Positions 1 to 13,901 of a stretch of 64,000 nt of DNA are shown here, in pieces. Position numbers and translations under genes: made by a program. Within the stretch, counting starts at the first letter, position 1; the number at the start of each line of letters is the position of its first letter. The notes beneath the pieces were generated by a model, which did not search any database, was not told the DNA's origin, and saw only the letters and a program-made list of their open reading frames with translations. The stretch comes from Felis catus (Eukaryota): contig NC_058373.1 in assembly GCF_018350175.1 (NCBI RefSeq), positions 111,664,001 to 111,728,000 on the forward strand, read 5' to 3'.

Positions 1-498
1 AATAAGGGATGCATTAAATATGTGAAAGAAAGGAATGAGGGAGAAGAATCTGTGTTCTTAGCTTTGCTCAGACACTGTTTGCTCCAGAAATCATCCCTGA
101 ATCCCAAAGTGTCCCTCCTGTCTGCATTGCTCTGACTTGGTGTTTAGCACTTGCTTACCTCTGTCTCCCTCACTGGATTAGAAGTACTTTAGACACAGTA
201 ACTACCTCTAGTAAGTGCCCAGTAAGTACTGAATTATGTTTATTTCAATTCCATCAGTTTGAAAACATTTTATTAGATGTTAATCACTTAAGCTAGTGAC
301 TTTTTAATTTATTTGTTCTTTGGTCCATTTCTTATGTCACAAATAGAGGTTGGGGAGAAAAACAAATTTGAAGTGAGGACTATACTGTAGATGTTTATTC
401 AAAGCATTGGATAATAGTTTAAATCCTATTTCTCCCTCCTAAGAATCTAAACCGGATATAAGTTGCTTTTTCTTTTAAGACTCCCTCTATGAGTATAT

Positions 499-502
<4 letters not shown>

Positions 503-565
<63 letters not shown>

Positions 566-570
566 CTCAC
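503..570. repeat. Compound microsatellite (TC)14(ACTCTC)5(ACTC)2
   Basis: Read directly from the sequence. Confidence 0.95.
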
Positions 571-829
571 TGACATACACAGGACCATGAAATTCATCAG
601 TCAAGTGTAAGCCAAGTTACATACTTACAGTTAAGGATTAAATGAACATCTGGGCACAAAACACAATACAAAATTTTCACAGATACTTTTCCAGTTTGAT
701 ATCTAGAAGCAGAGTAGAAATAGTTCACCATGCTCCTTCATTTTAAAATACCAGATTGAATTTGTAGCTTAATTGAAAAAATATTAAAATGTTATCTACT
801 CTTTTACTTGTTCTTGAAGCATCACAAGC

Positions 830-1315
830 TTTTCCTGGTTTTTTTCCCTTGTTGAGAAAATAATTCATGCTTATTAGACGATATGGAAGTTGGTAACTAT
901 ACAAACAAGAAAAAATAGCCACAGTCCTATTACTCAGTGGAAACAGCTATTTAAATGTTGATATATTCCCTTTAGTCATTTATATAGTTACCCATTTTAG
1001 TAGTTGATCCTATTCTGTATAATTTGAACTCTTTTTTACTTAATACAGCAATGGATCCATTTTCTCAGGTCACTAAAAAAATAATTATCTTAAATGTCCC
1101 CTTTAATGACCACATACCTGCTGTATGGATGTGCCATTGCTTACTTGCTCATTCTAATATTGGACACTTACGTCATTTCCAGTTTTTTACTCTTATAAAT
1201 AATGCTACAGTGTGTTCCTAAAGTTATCCACATTATTTCCTTAAGCTAGGTTTCAGGCTTTGGAAATATTTAGATAAAAGGATATGGGCATCTTACAACT
1301 TTGATCCATAGTACA
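830..1315 (-). mobile_element. Old L1 (L1ME-type) 3' fragment
   Basis: Antisense L1ME-like motifs such as tattggacacttacgtcatttccagttttttactcttataaataatgctacagtg. Heavily diverged. Confidence 0.55.
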
Positions 1316-3589
1316 GCATGGTATTTTTGTATTAAGCAACCCTTACAGTACAGTTGGCATTAGTAGTTACCACGACTATGGGACTAGTAAAACTTGAATT
1401 TCCTTTTCATGGTCAGCAGCTACTATCTCCTCTGTCTATGGTAGTTCAATAGACAGCTTTCCCATATTCTGTTAGAAATGTTGCAGCAGCATTTTATGCA
1501 CTTTTTTTTTACCTCTTTGCAAGTCCTTTCATTTTAATTTTCTGAGTCATTTTGAAGATCTTCTCAGGAATGTAGATGCTGTTTCTCATTATTTTGCTTC
1601 TGTGTTTTTCTACTCTGAATTAACTCTGCTTTAGACCTGTCAGGATTGGTTTTGAAACCTAAGCAAATCATAAAACCTCTGCCATTGTTTTAGGAGACCA
1701 GAACCATGACTGAATCTCTCATCACAGTATATTGAGTACAGGGTCATTATGATACTTTGTGCTTCAAGAGGGTAAAGAACTGAGAATGATGGTTAAATGA
1801 TACATAGAATTCACACAGTCAGAGGAGAATCTATTTTCTGGGTAGCTTATCTTTTGTAAAAGCGGTCAAGGTTAGCTTTATATGTGTGGCTTCTGTGTGA
1901 AACTGAGCAGTTAATGTCTTGCTGCTTGGTATCATACCTCAGGTTTCTCTAGGTTAAGACTGAGTTCATCCATGAGATTTTGGCACCCGCATCCCACTGA
2001 CTGTGGCAACCATTGCCTATGTGGAGATAACTCTCTTAGGTAATTCACTGGTAGAGTGTTTAAATCACACTCATTGGCAAAGAAGTAAGAACTATTAAAG
2101 TTGTCTGTCCCACATTGTATCCTAAGATGTGGAGATTGGGAGCAGGGGTGAAACAGGAGAAGAAACAAGTCTTTAAAAATCTCCCAGGGTAAATATTTAC
2201 ATATGTAGTTTGCTCTTTATCAAAAATGCTAGATGAGCACTCCTAAACTTAGTTTCATTTACATAAATAGAGGCAAGAAAAACTTATTTAAAAGTTTTTG
2301 TTAAGTGTTTGGTTGCCCTGTGAAATGAAGGCTCAGCCGTAAAGAGTGGTTAATTTTTTCATTACTTTATTGAACTGTAATATGCTAGATACAGTTACAG
2401 GGCACTAGGAATACAAAGAGAAATAGAAGATAATATGCTGCTCCTTTTTTTCAGGAGTATCCAACTGGTGGGCAGTATACGTGTAACAAATAATTACAGT
2501 ATAGTTAGATGGATGTCTGGAAGGAGTTGTATACCAGGTGCAGTGAAATCATGAAGAGTATCTCCCTCAGCCTGGAGAAAGACTTTAGAAAAGGAAATGT
2601 GTTGTCAGTTTATAACTTTAACTTAGTCCTTTGTGAGTAATATAAACAAATTTTTATAAGGTGGAAGAGGAAAAAAATATTCTTTTTATCACTGCCAATC
2701 TCTACAACCTCACAGTAAAAGAATTCCTCTGCCAACATACTTATGGGCAAAAGACAAGAAAGAAGCATGTTTGTGCAAAAATTTCCATGCTCATTATTGG
2801 AGATGCAAAGTCTCCCTCTTCCATTATTTACTTTGTTTCAGTTTCTTTTTCCAAACTCAGTATCCTTCATCAAGCAGTCTTTTGCACATACAGATGAGCC
2901 CTGAGGAACTTACGTGTTCTTTTGGTTTGGTTCTAGGGAGGGGTCTTTAAGTTAGGAAGGGCATTAAAGTTACTGTCACTTCTCAGTAAAAAGATCACTC
3001 TTTTCTTTTCATTCAGCACCCAAACCTTGCTGACAGAGTTAGTTTCTATTCAAGGATAAAAATTGTACTGGTGTGTTTTAACAATTCCCTCCCCTCTCTC
3101 CTCCGGCCTTTTCATATTTATTTGTTGCTGTTTCTGCCCCATACCTGGATATGCAGCTCCACAAGAATCACATTAAAAGTCCTTGGGGTTGTTTTCTTTT
3201 TAGAACAAATGTGACATTTCCTTCGCCTCCCTGATTCAGGGCTGAGGAGGGTAAAATGTCACAAATAATGAAGCCAAATGGATCTGAACACTGATTACCA
3301 GTCTGAAACAGCATTCGGAGACTTTGCCGTCACAGTCATCATTAGAGGCAATGAGAAGAAGCTCCTTGGTGGCTGTGAAATGGAGAGAAATCTGAAGCAG
3401 CTGTTAGGGGCTGAGGAAGAAGTCCCAGACATAGGTAGTGAGTACTACCGATATAGCATGTATTTACTCACACAGCATTGTGTGATGCCAAGAAAAGTAT
3501 AGTCCCGACCTTTGGGGAATACTGTGTGGGAGACAGACATGTAAACTGACTCTTGATGGTTCGGGGTTTATAAATAGGAACTATTACCC

Positions 3590-4040
3590 TGTCAACAAAT
3601 ATTCATTGATCCTGTTGTATTCCGGATTCTCTTCTAGGTACTGAGAATAATACATTGAACAAAGCAGATGAAATGCCTCATTATAGAGTTTACATTCCAC
3701 TTAGGGATGATGGAGGTGGGAATGGATACAAGCAGTAAATAAATAGTAAATACATATTATGTCAAATGATAATAAAGGTCATGAAGAAAAGTTAAGCAGG
3801 TGAAAGAGATAGAAATGGCCAAAGTCCTCACTAATAAGGCTGTATTTCAGCAGAGATCTAAAGGAAGTAAGGAATAAGACCAGCTAGATATCTGCAGAAG
3901 AATGTTTAACAATCACAGCTAATATTTACTGAGCATTTACTACATGTGTGGGACTCCTCTATGCACTTTACATTGCTTAATGTATTTAATTCCTACAAAA
4001 CTATATAAAGCAGGTACGATTATTAGCCCATTTTCTTGTA
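3590..4040 (-). mobile_element. L2 3' fragment followed by a MIR fragment
   Basis: tcaacaaatattcattga...taggtactgagaata...gagtttacattc is L2-like. gctaatatttactgagcatttactacatg...tttaattcctacaaaac is MIR-like. Confidence 0.65.
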
Positions 4041-4747
4041 AGTCCCAAAGTTTGCAACTTAACTCTGAAGATCTACCCCATGCACTAAGAAAATGTATTC
4101 ACTCTATACTAGAGTATAATTAAACCTCTTAATTCACAGTAGAATCATTTGAACATATGGTAGACTTTTTAAAGATATCCTGTTTTAATATTTTTAAGCA
4201 CATATCCGATCTCAAGACTACCAAAATCTTGCTTAGTTGACATCTACAAGGAATTTGTTTTTATAAATGAATTAAACTAGTTTTCCATTATTGTTGTTGG
4301 TAAGATGGTGCTTTGAGGATGGGGGTTAGGGGAGATAAGTCTCAATGATCACAAATTCTAAGTCAAAAATTTAAATGAAATTTAATCACGATTTTTATAT
4401 TCTAAAGGAAAAGTTCAATGGCCAAATGTGAAGGCAGCTTGAAAAACCTCATAGAAGTCACTCATTACAAAGAAAATAAGGAGCCTTCAACTCTTACGAA
4501 TTTTGATACGTGAGGGGTCATTTTGATACATGTACGTGTATATTATATGATGTGCCAATAACATGTAACATACTCCAGAATGTTTGCTATCCCACTGATG
4601 GATTCAAAGATGCGTCATCAACTACTCTATTGAACGCCATAATTAAAGCTCTCCTTACTGTTAGAAAAAAGAGCTTTGGTCAAAGGAGTAGTTCTGCCTC
4701 CTCCTGATAAGATACTACATCCTGATAGAGTACTGTGATTTCAGTGA

Positions 4748-5017
<270 letters not shown>

Positions 5018-6418
5018 TAAAGTTATCATGACTCAGATGTAATTTTCTTAATATTTGGGAACAGTCCCTATTGTGAAAGAATGGGGAAATTCCATCCCCT
5101 TCCCCTGCAAAAAAGTAGCTATTCAAGTACACCGAGTATTTAGTTGCTTGCCAGCAATGGTTGAATACATCTCTGCTGAAGCCGCTACTGGAGTTGTTTA
5201 AAGTACTTGGCATGTTCACAGCATTTAACTGAAATAGCAAGTAAGTACACTTACTTAATACTTTCTGATTATGCATACAGTCAGTATGCAGCCGGAATCC
5301 ATCCACTTCTACACATCGATGCACTGATACTGAGAGACTGAAATGCCAAGCATTGTGTCTCACTCAATTGCTTTATAGAAAATAAAGAGTAAATGTAATT
5401 CTTTTTCAAGTCCTATTACATTTCTACCATGCGAGAAACTATACATTAAATTTAAGCAATACCATATTGTAATCATTCTTTTGAGTTTAATCGTTGCAGA
5501 TAATTGTATGGTAGGGGCTTGGTGTATTTGTTTTTATGAGTGGCCCAATCAGCCTTGTATACACAGTGGAATATCAGCATAGAAATATTTATCGTTGGTT
5601 TTATTCTGCTCTCTCATTTATGTGCATATTACTGGTTAGTTCATTCAACAAGCTGTTAAATGACTATTTGTGCTCAGAATTATATTAGGTGCAGAGGGGA
5701 TTTCCAGAGAGATTGAATATATAGATCTTACCCTGGTCCAGAATCTAGTGAGCAAAATACTCATATGAAATAATTGGAGAATAATTACCAAGAAATGTAG
5801 ATCATGTAAGATAAATGTATGCCTAAAAGCTTAAAAGAAGCAGAGAAAAGAAAATGTGAAAAGGAAGGTCGCATCATTTTCATGGGAATATACTTCAGAG
5901 AGTATAAAGAAATGGACGTTTTTTTTTTTAAATTTTGTGACAATGCACATTGTCACAATGGGACAATGATATGATTGTTGGAAAGATACCTGTCTCAGCA
6001 AAGACTAGGAGTTCCTTCAGTATGGAATAAGAATACAACCTACCCAGAGACAGCTACCCAGAACAGAAGTCACATAGCAGCAGTCCTCATCAGAACAGAA
6101 AATTTCCTTGGCCTTCAAGTTCCCATGAAGGCATCCACTGCTGATGTTTTTTCCTAACTGGGATGAGGATTCCATCTTTGAGAAGCTCCCTTTTCTATTC
6201 TCATAGGAGGTAGACAGGGGTATTATAATTACTTGGTATCTCTCAACTGTTACTGAGAATCTGGCTAGGTGCCCACCTGATCAACAGGTGCAAATGACTA
6301 GTAACTACCTCTATACACATTTTTGAATGTTTATTGTTTTGAATGAGTGAATCAAGGGTCATTTTTCCCAAGTGGAGCACCTCCTCTGTAGGCCTAGATT
6401 TTAGGCCTATCTAAAGTC

Positions 6419-6622
6419 CAGGGTTTCTCAACCTAGGCACTATTAGCATTATAGTCAGGTACTTTGTTGTGAGGTACTGTCCTGGGCATTGTAAGATATT
6501 GAGCAGCGTTCCTGGCCAATAGCACCCCCATCTCAAGTTGTGACAACTGAAAATATCTTCAGATATTGCCAAATATCCCACAGCAGTGGGGAGGACAAAA
6601 TTGCCTTTATTGAGAACCACTG
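6419..6622 (-). mobile_element. MER20 (hAT-Charlie MITE)
   Basis: Termini cagggtttctcaacct and ttgagaaccactg, internal agttgtgacaactgaaaatatcttcagatattgccaaat, and degenerate 8-bp TSD ctaaagtc/ctgtggtc. Confidence 0.85.
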
Positions 6623-7608
6623 CTGTGGTCAGAAAGGAAAATGAAATAAATATATACATGTCTGAACATTGAGCAGCCTTACATGTAGGCAGGCACTGAG
6701 ACTTATAGGGATGTGCTGTATTTTGCTTTCCTTCTTCCAGCTCTTAATAATACCATTAGGCTCATTCTGGAAAGAAAATCTTTTTTTTCTTTTCAAGGAT
6801 GTGCTGTAGAATTTTTGATTCATACAACCTCATGATTCTAACTTCGACCCAGAAATCAGAACTTTTCTTACTTGATGATAGTGGAAATCCGTCCAAGCTT
6901 GAGGGGCGTATTATTGTTCATACTGCTTTGTTCTATTTTGTGAATAATATCAACTTCAGTGTGTTCTCCAGACCTCAGGTTCAGAGAAGTTGTTCATATG
7001 AAGAAAGAGTGGTGTTCAGAGGACTTTTTCTCTCCAAAGGAATGAGATTTGTGCATATACTATATTGTTTCTAAAAACGCTTGACAAGTAAGGGTTCATC
7101 CAAAATAACTTTTATTCATTTGAACCAAAGCAAAATTCAAACTAATAACTTGTATCCCAAAATAGACTTGAATATCTCAGAAGTTTTTATGTTAGGGTTC
7201 AGAATTAAAAGTTTAACAGTAAAAATACACTTATATAATGAGCAGCAGTTTGCTAAATATGATCACTGCCATCATCACATACCTTTCTTGATGACTATCA
7301 GCTGTAGCCTTTGAGATTGGAATAATTCCACATTCACTGATAAATCTTTGGGCTTACTTACATTCCAGCATTTTTTGAAAATATTTTTAGAAAAAAATTG
7401 GTTTGGTACGGTTCAGTATTTTTACAGTGTGAATGAAATTGGTTGCTTGATTGTAGAAGTTCTCTTGCCATAAACCAAAATTGGAATTGTTTGAAATTGC
7501 CCCAGAAATGTCTCATCATAATCGCCAATGGAGTGTGAGAAAAAGTCACGGATAGCATCAAAATGCCAAGCCATTGACTTCTAGGCAGAGAACAAGATTG
7601 AGGCAACA

Positions 7609-7832
7609 TGGATTCTGGGATCAGTCTGGGTTTAAATCTAACTTTGACCACTTAGTATATCTGGGTGACATTTGAACAGATTACTTAGAATGTCACTGAC
7701 CTATTTTTCCCTGCCTGTAAAATAGTAGTAGCACCTACTATATAGAGTTTTGGAGATGATTAAAAGTTATATGTAAAGCACTGAGAAGTACTTAGTGATG
7801 TATTAAATACAATGTTAGTAGCTGTTGTCATT
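7609..7832 (+). mobile_element. MIR SINE
   Basis: ctgggtttaaatc...gtgacatttgaacagattactta...ctgtaaaatag...atgtaaagcact matches the MIR core. Confidence 0.7.
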
Positions 7833-10800
7833 TATGTAGGGAAAGGTATAGGAATACCTTTGCCTGTTAGAGAGACTCTACGGTATTTATTTTAGCAAGC
7901 TTTTTTCACATGGCCCCATTTCAGACCATACACTCTCATGTTTTAGGAGGAGCGAGAAACATGATAGTCAAGGACTCTGTTACTTCTGCTTGTGCTCATG
8001 GGCAATGCTTAGGTTCCACCAAATAATCATGTGCATTGAGCGGGTATAACAGTTCTTCATTGAGAAGAGTAGCCAGTAACATTCAACATTTTAATTTCTC
8101 TGTGCCAACATGCCACCTCAACTCTATTTTATTTAGCTACTGAAAGAGAACATCACCATATAATATAAATTTTCAGGAACAAAAGCTCTTCATTCCCAAA
8201 GGGTAAATGTAAGTAATAGTATTTGCTTTAACAAGTGCAAGTAAAATTATGTACTTGTTGACTTTAGGGAAATTAACCTGCAGATGTTCCTATATATGCC
8301 ATAGGCATACTAGAAAATGGGAGAAGACTAAAATGGTGACAAAAGAATAAAACACTGGGAATCAAATCTCAGCCCAGAATAAAATATGAACAACCAACTC
8401 TCAAACTTTCCTTGATATTCCAAGAGATTATTAGAAAGTGACAACAAGTTGAATATCTTCTTCATAATGCTTTGACAGTTTTGTCTCCTGTGAACTATCC
8501 TTTGAGCACTATTACAGCATAAGAGAATAGTGAGAAAGAGTTTATATGTTGACCATGAACGACTGTAAATGATAATGGAAGAATGAAATGTCATGCCCAA
8601 AGGAAAAATACAAGACTTGATTGATGTTTGAGAAACTATAGGCATGACTATCACGGCACCTTAATCGGGATTCCTTATAAGGCTTTGGACCCATCCCCCT
8701 CAGTCTCAGGGCTTCTAAGCTTTCTTGGTTTTATATTCATAAATGGGATCTGGGAATTTTCTCTCCTTAAATGAAAAAAAAATTTTTTAAGCCAATAATA
8801 TGACTCTATGCTCTAATTTTGTTACTGTTGTTGCACTTAGTTTTCTGAATCCCCTCATCAGAACTGTTTCTCAAAACCACGTTTGTTCTAAAAGCCTCAT
8901 AAATTGAAGAAAACAATCCTCAGGATTTAATCTGAAAATTAGAGGCAGTATTAACATTTTCCAAGAACATCAAGTAAGTTTTGAAAGCTGTGCAATCACA
9001 TTCCAAACTATTCTACCAAATACTGTAATCGTGTTCTGTGTTACTGGAAGTTGCCTATACCCAAAGCATCTACTTTGTCACTTATTTTCCTATTTAATAA
9101 AACTGTCTTAAATATGAAGCAAAGAAACTGCAGTTGGTGAAATAACAGAAGTTATTATTGTTTATCAGATTTTTGAATCAGTTTTTATTACTCTGTAATC
9201 AGATTACAGACATTGTCATAGATGCTCACTTTAAAGTAGGCTTTGGGTCAACAGCATTGTTTAAGAAGCAGTCAACATTTTTCAGTAGTTTCAACCATTA
9301 AAATCACCATAGGACAAATTTACTTTTTTCCCCCCTGTGACACTTCCCTTTTTCACACTTAATACAACATACTCATGGCACTCTCCATTGTCTGATTCCA
9401 AATCCACACATAACACAACTGGCCTCATTACACTTCGAATCAGATGTTGGAAAGCCCAAAGGGAAAAACCATATACTACATTCATTTTATTCTAGACAGA
9501 TGACTCTGGCATTGAGGTATGGCCCGTGAAACAACAGTGGGTATTGTTCTCTCATCGAATAGCAGAACAACATAGTTTGTAGGAAAAGTGCATGGATCTC
9601 TCAGCATCACCAAAAGAGACCAGAACTACTTCTAACTTCTCACACTAGGAGCTCTCCCAGCCCCATCTATTTTGACAACAAAACAAGATCCCATCTGCTC
9701 TGAGAAGGCTTTGGAGTCTCATATAAACTCAGCTGGTTACTCCTCAGGGATAAAATTCAGGTTAATGGACCTTCCTCTCCTTATTTATTTATTTGGTTTA
9801 ATACAGTTGTATCTGTGTTTTATTCTTTGGCAACACTTTTGCTCTTACCCATTACTGTGTGCTTAGTGGTGTACTAAATGATACACTGACATGAAATAAA
9901 TGAAATGAAACTTACTACATATGGCCAGCCACTGCTTTGTAAGCCAGAGGGTTTGCATCCATCATGCTACCTGTCTAGTATCAAACTGAGTATTGATATC
10001 AACTGAAAGCCTTCATTTACCTGCCACACAATTTGGATTAGTAAAGCCTAGTGATGAAGCCTAGGATAATGAAATGCAAACATCAACATTATAGTACTCT
10101 TTCTAGCCCTTTGCAGTAAATTTCCCGATGGCTAAAATAGAGAAATTTTTTAACTACAAAGAATGTTATATGGGATCTTGGGGATTAAATACCACTCATG
10201 GACTTGTATCTTCACTGCTAGGCTAGTATTATGAATGAAGCAGTATTCATTCAACAGCTCTTTCTGAGCTCCTACTATGTGGCAGGCACAGTACTAGGTT
10301 CTTATCCTAAGGCAGCTTAGTGTACAGCTGAGAGCCCAAAAGAACTGTGATTGTAGCTCTACCATTTACTAGCTCCTTCCTCCCCTATCCCTCCCCCGCC
10401 CCTTTTTTTGAAATCTACTTAATATTTCTGGGGCTTGTTTCTTCTGCTGTAAAATATGGATAATAACAGCAACCAACTCATAGGGTTACCATTATTATGA
10501 AAAGGATAAAGGTCCCCATATTGGCCCATCTCAGTGTCTGAAATTCCTACCATTCATTTTTCTTTGTTTGAAGAAAATACATGTTATCCATAGGCTGACA
10601 CAGCAACAACTGTGGATACCAAAATATATATTGATTATTAGGATTATCCCCCAAAGAAAGCAGGTCCCTAAGGGTATAGGACTGAAGGCAGTGTCTTTAT
10701 GAGACTGAGACACTTAATAGTGGAGAGGAGGAGCTACATCAGGGTTTGTTGCCACACTGACATTGTGGTCCTCCCAACGGCAGTGCAAGCTCCTGCATTC

Positions 10801-12727
10801 CTGGCTAGATATAATTGAAGAGTGAGTGGAGGGGCTCGGGGGTGGGGGGTGGTGGGGAACAACTGTCAAGTTTGCCCATGGCTTGCCTTGGCCCTATGTT
10901 TTACCATTCTGGTGTTATAATCCAAACATGGAGAACAGGATCTACAAGAGAAAATATGCTTAGGAGTTTACAAACATACACAAACTGCCTGAGTTCCTAA
11001 CTGGAATCTACTACTTAATAATAGTGTAACCTTGGGCAGATTCCTTAACTGAACTTTGACACCTCTAAAATGAGTATGATAGAATTGTATGGGGCTACTT
11101 AGAGGATTAAATTAAATAATACCTACAAACAATGTCCGACAGCAAAAACTCAGAAAATATTAGCCTCTATCACTGTTAACTATACTTGGCTATTGTCCGA
11201 GCTGCTTTGTTTTAATTAGTTTCTTCCTTCCCAGACGCTCCACTTGATTTTGCTTGCCCTGTGTGGGCCTTTGGCTGACTTTGCCGTTCCCATTCCAAAC
11301 CTTTTTGACCCTCATTTTGCTATAGTCTCAGTATTCTACTGGTGATCTCAGTTGTACCATGGCATCCCCAATATAAAGTTAGTTTGTTAATGAAGTAGAA
11401 ACTTACAAGTAAAGTCATTGTCTTGGTTCTATGACTAGTTGAAATTCTAGCACTAGAATTTGGGCAGATCACTGATTCTCCTTGTATTTTAGTCCATATT
11501 TGCAAAATTTTAAATATTGTCTAAACTTAGTTTCATTTGCAAGTTACATATAGCATTTGAAAAGCATCCCTCAAGTTCCTGAAATTCAGATTCTTTAAGA
11601 AGTTAAGGTGATGCTTAACCTAATCAGATTTCATTTGCTCATAACAATTAAGGATGAGTGTCTCCACTCACTTTTGATCTCATAAATACCAGAGTTTTAA
11701 AAGACTGTTGGGCAATCCTAAATTGCTCCACTGAGCAGGTCAACAATTACTGTTAGTAGTATCATTTTAAATAAATGCAAAAGTATTGGTATAGAGACAA
11801 TAAAGCTTAATTAACTGAGACAACTACAACTGGAGATTTAGGGAAAAAAAATTTTTTTTAATATGACTTGAGTTCTCTGTTCACAGTGTATAATGGAAGA
11901 AGCAAAATGATAGCATTCTCTCTTCTGTCTTCACCTATTTTTAGAGAAGTTCCTGAAACCCATTTGCTCTATAATGAACATATTTTTTAATTGCTTAAAA
12001 TGCTATCCCCCTATGAAAATAGTTATAGTTCAACTTTATCACCAAGCATCAGATTAAATGTGTGAATCTCAGATTGTGGAATTTCAGTGGCCATCCAGTG
12101 GGCATGGTAGATATTCTCTGGACATAGGAATCTTTTAAGTAGCCTTACATGCATCAGGCAGATACATCTTCACCAAAGATTAGCACATCTTATTTCAGTC
12201 CTCGAATGCTTATATCTACTCAGGACACTTAAAACTCTAGAACAGAAATGGCAGATATGTTTTAGCTCACTTGCCAAAGCTAGTTCATTGTCAATAATTA
12301 CATGAATTTCTTTTGAGAAGAGTTCTGAGATCAAGTCCAAATCTAGCAGAAGAGAGTATGCATTTGATTGAGACTGAATGAAGGGAAGGGAGCAGCAGCA
12401 TTTGTGTAAAGTATTTATATTCCTAATCCTCAACCTTAAATTCTTCAAGGACACAAACTATGTCTTACTCATTTTTCTGTAACCAGTGCTCAACACGAGG
12501 TGTACTGTGAAGCTCTTAATAAATGTTCATTAAAACTAACTGATTCATCTTCTTAAAGTACTTTGTAGTTTATATTTTGTTCCAAAGACCTTAGCTATAG
12601 TAATCTTTTATGTTTAAAAAAAATAAAAAGATACACAAAGATGAAGAATGATTTGTACCGTATCTCAGAGCAAATAGAGTAAAAACTTGTGACTAGAATC
12701 TACTACTTCCCATCCTCCCGGTCCTAG

Positions 12728-13144
<417 letters not shown>

Positions 13145-13430
13145 AGCTTAGATGGAAGAGAAGGACAACTAAACTCAGTTAAAACCATTTGAGCCAAACA
13201 GTAGATGAAGAAGGCCCTGACCTTACAACACATGGTGAAATGAGTAGACACCTTCAAGCACCAGGAGCAATTGGGAACTGACAGATGCTTCATTGGTGGA
13301 ATTACTCTTTAACAAGGGCCACAATGCCCTTAAACTCATGCACAGTCCAATAATGTACTCACATATAACATACAAACAGATTGTTTTCTATTTTGCCCCT
13401 TCTTTCAAGATTATGTCCCCATGAGACAAA

Positions 13431-13438
13431 CACTGCCA
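13431..13438 (+). promoter_or_regulatory. miR-34/449 family 8mer seed site in the FUT8 3' UTR
   Basis: CACTGCCA, preceded by A, is complementary to the miR-34a 5' end UGGCAGUGU. Confidence 0.6.
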
Positions 13439-13713
13439 CATTGTGTAATTTAAGTGACACAGACATTTTGTGTGAGACTTCAAACATGGTGCCTATATCT
13501 GAAAGACCTTTGTGACCTAATGAGAAGACCCCGAATAGCTCCCTACGTCAGGAGGTTGATCCTTTGCCAGTGGTGCTATTGTAACCACTGAATTCACTCC
13601 AATCAGCAGATTCAGAATGAGAATGGATGTTTTTGTCTGGATTTTTTTTTTTTTTTTAAGTAATTGCATCAGTTCACCCACCTCATCATTAATAAGTGAA
13701 GGATACATCAGAA

Positions 13714-13719
13714 AATAAA
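13714..13719 (+). terminator. Proximal poly(A) signal AATAAA
   Basis: Canonical hexamer within gaaaataaaa, about 570 nt after the stop codon. Confidence 0.6.
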
Positions 13720-13725
13720 ATATTC

Positions 13726-13733
13726 ACACTCCA
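13726..13733 (+). promoter_or_regulatory. miR-122 8mer seed site (a second 7mer-A1 site, CACTCCA, lies at 13595-13601)
   Basis: ACACTCCA. The longer TCACACTCCA (13724-13733) is complementary to miR-122 nt 1-10, UGGAGUGUGA. Confidence 0.55.
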
Positions 13734-13811
13734 TTAGGAACTTTTGTAAAACAATGCCATGAACAGATCTTTAGTACTCAATGTTTCTGGACATTCTCTT
13801 TGATAACAAAA

Positions 13812-13817
13812 AATAAA
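13812..13817 (+). terminator. Second poly(A) signal AATAAA
   Basis: Canonical hexamer with U/GU-rich sequence downstream (ttttgtaaagtttc, tttggtggtt). Confidence 0.65.
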
Positions 13818-13901
13818 TTTTAAAAAGAGGAATTTTGTAAAGTTTCTAGAATTTTACATCATTGGATGATTTGGTGGTTAAGTTTTAAGTAGGAAAACTA
13901 T

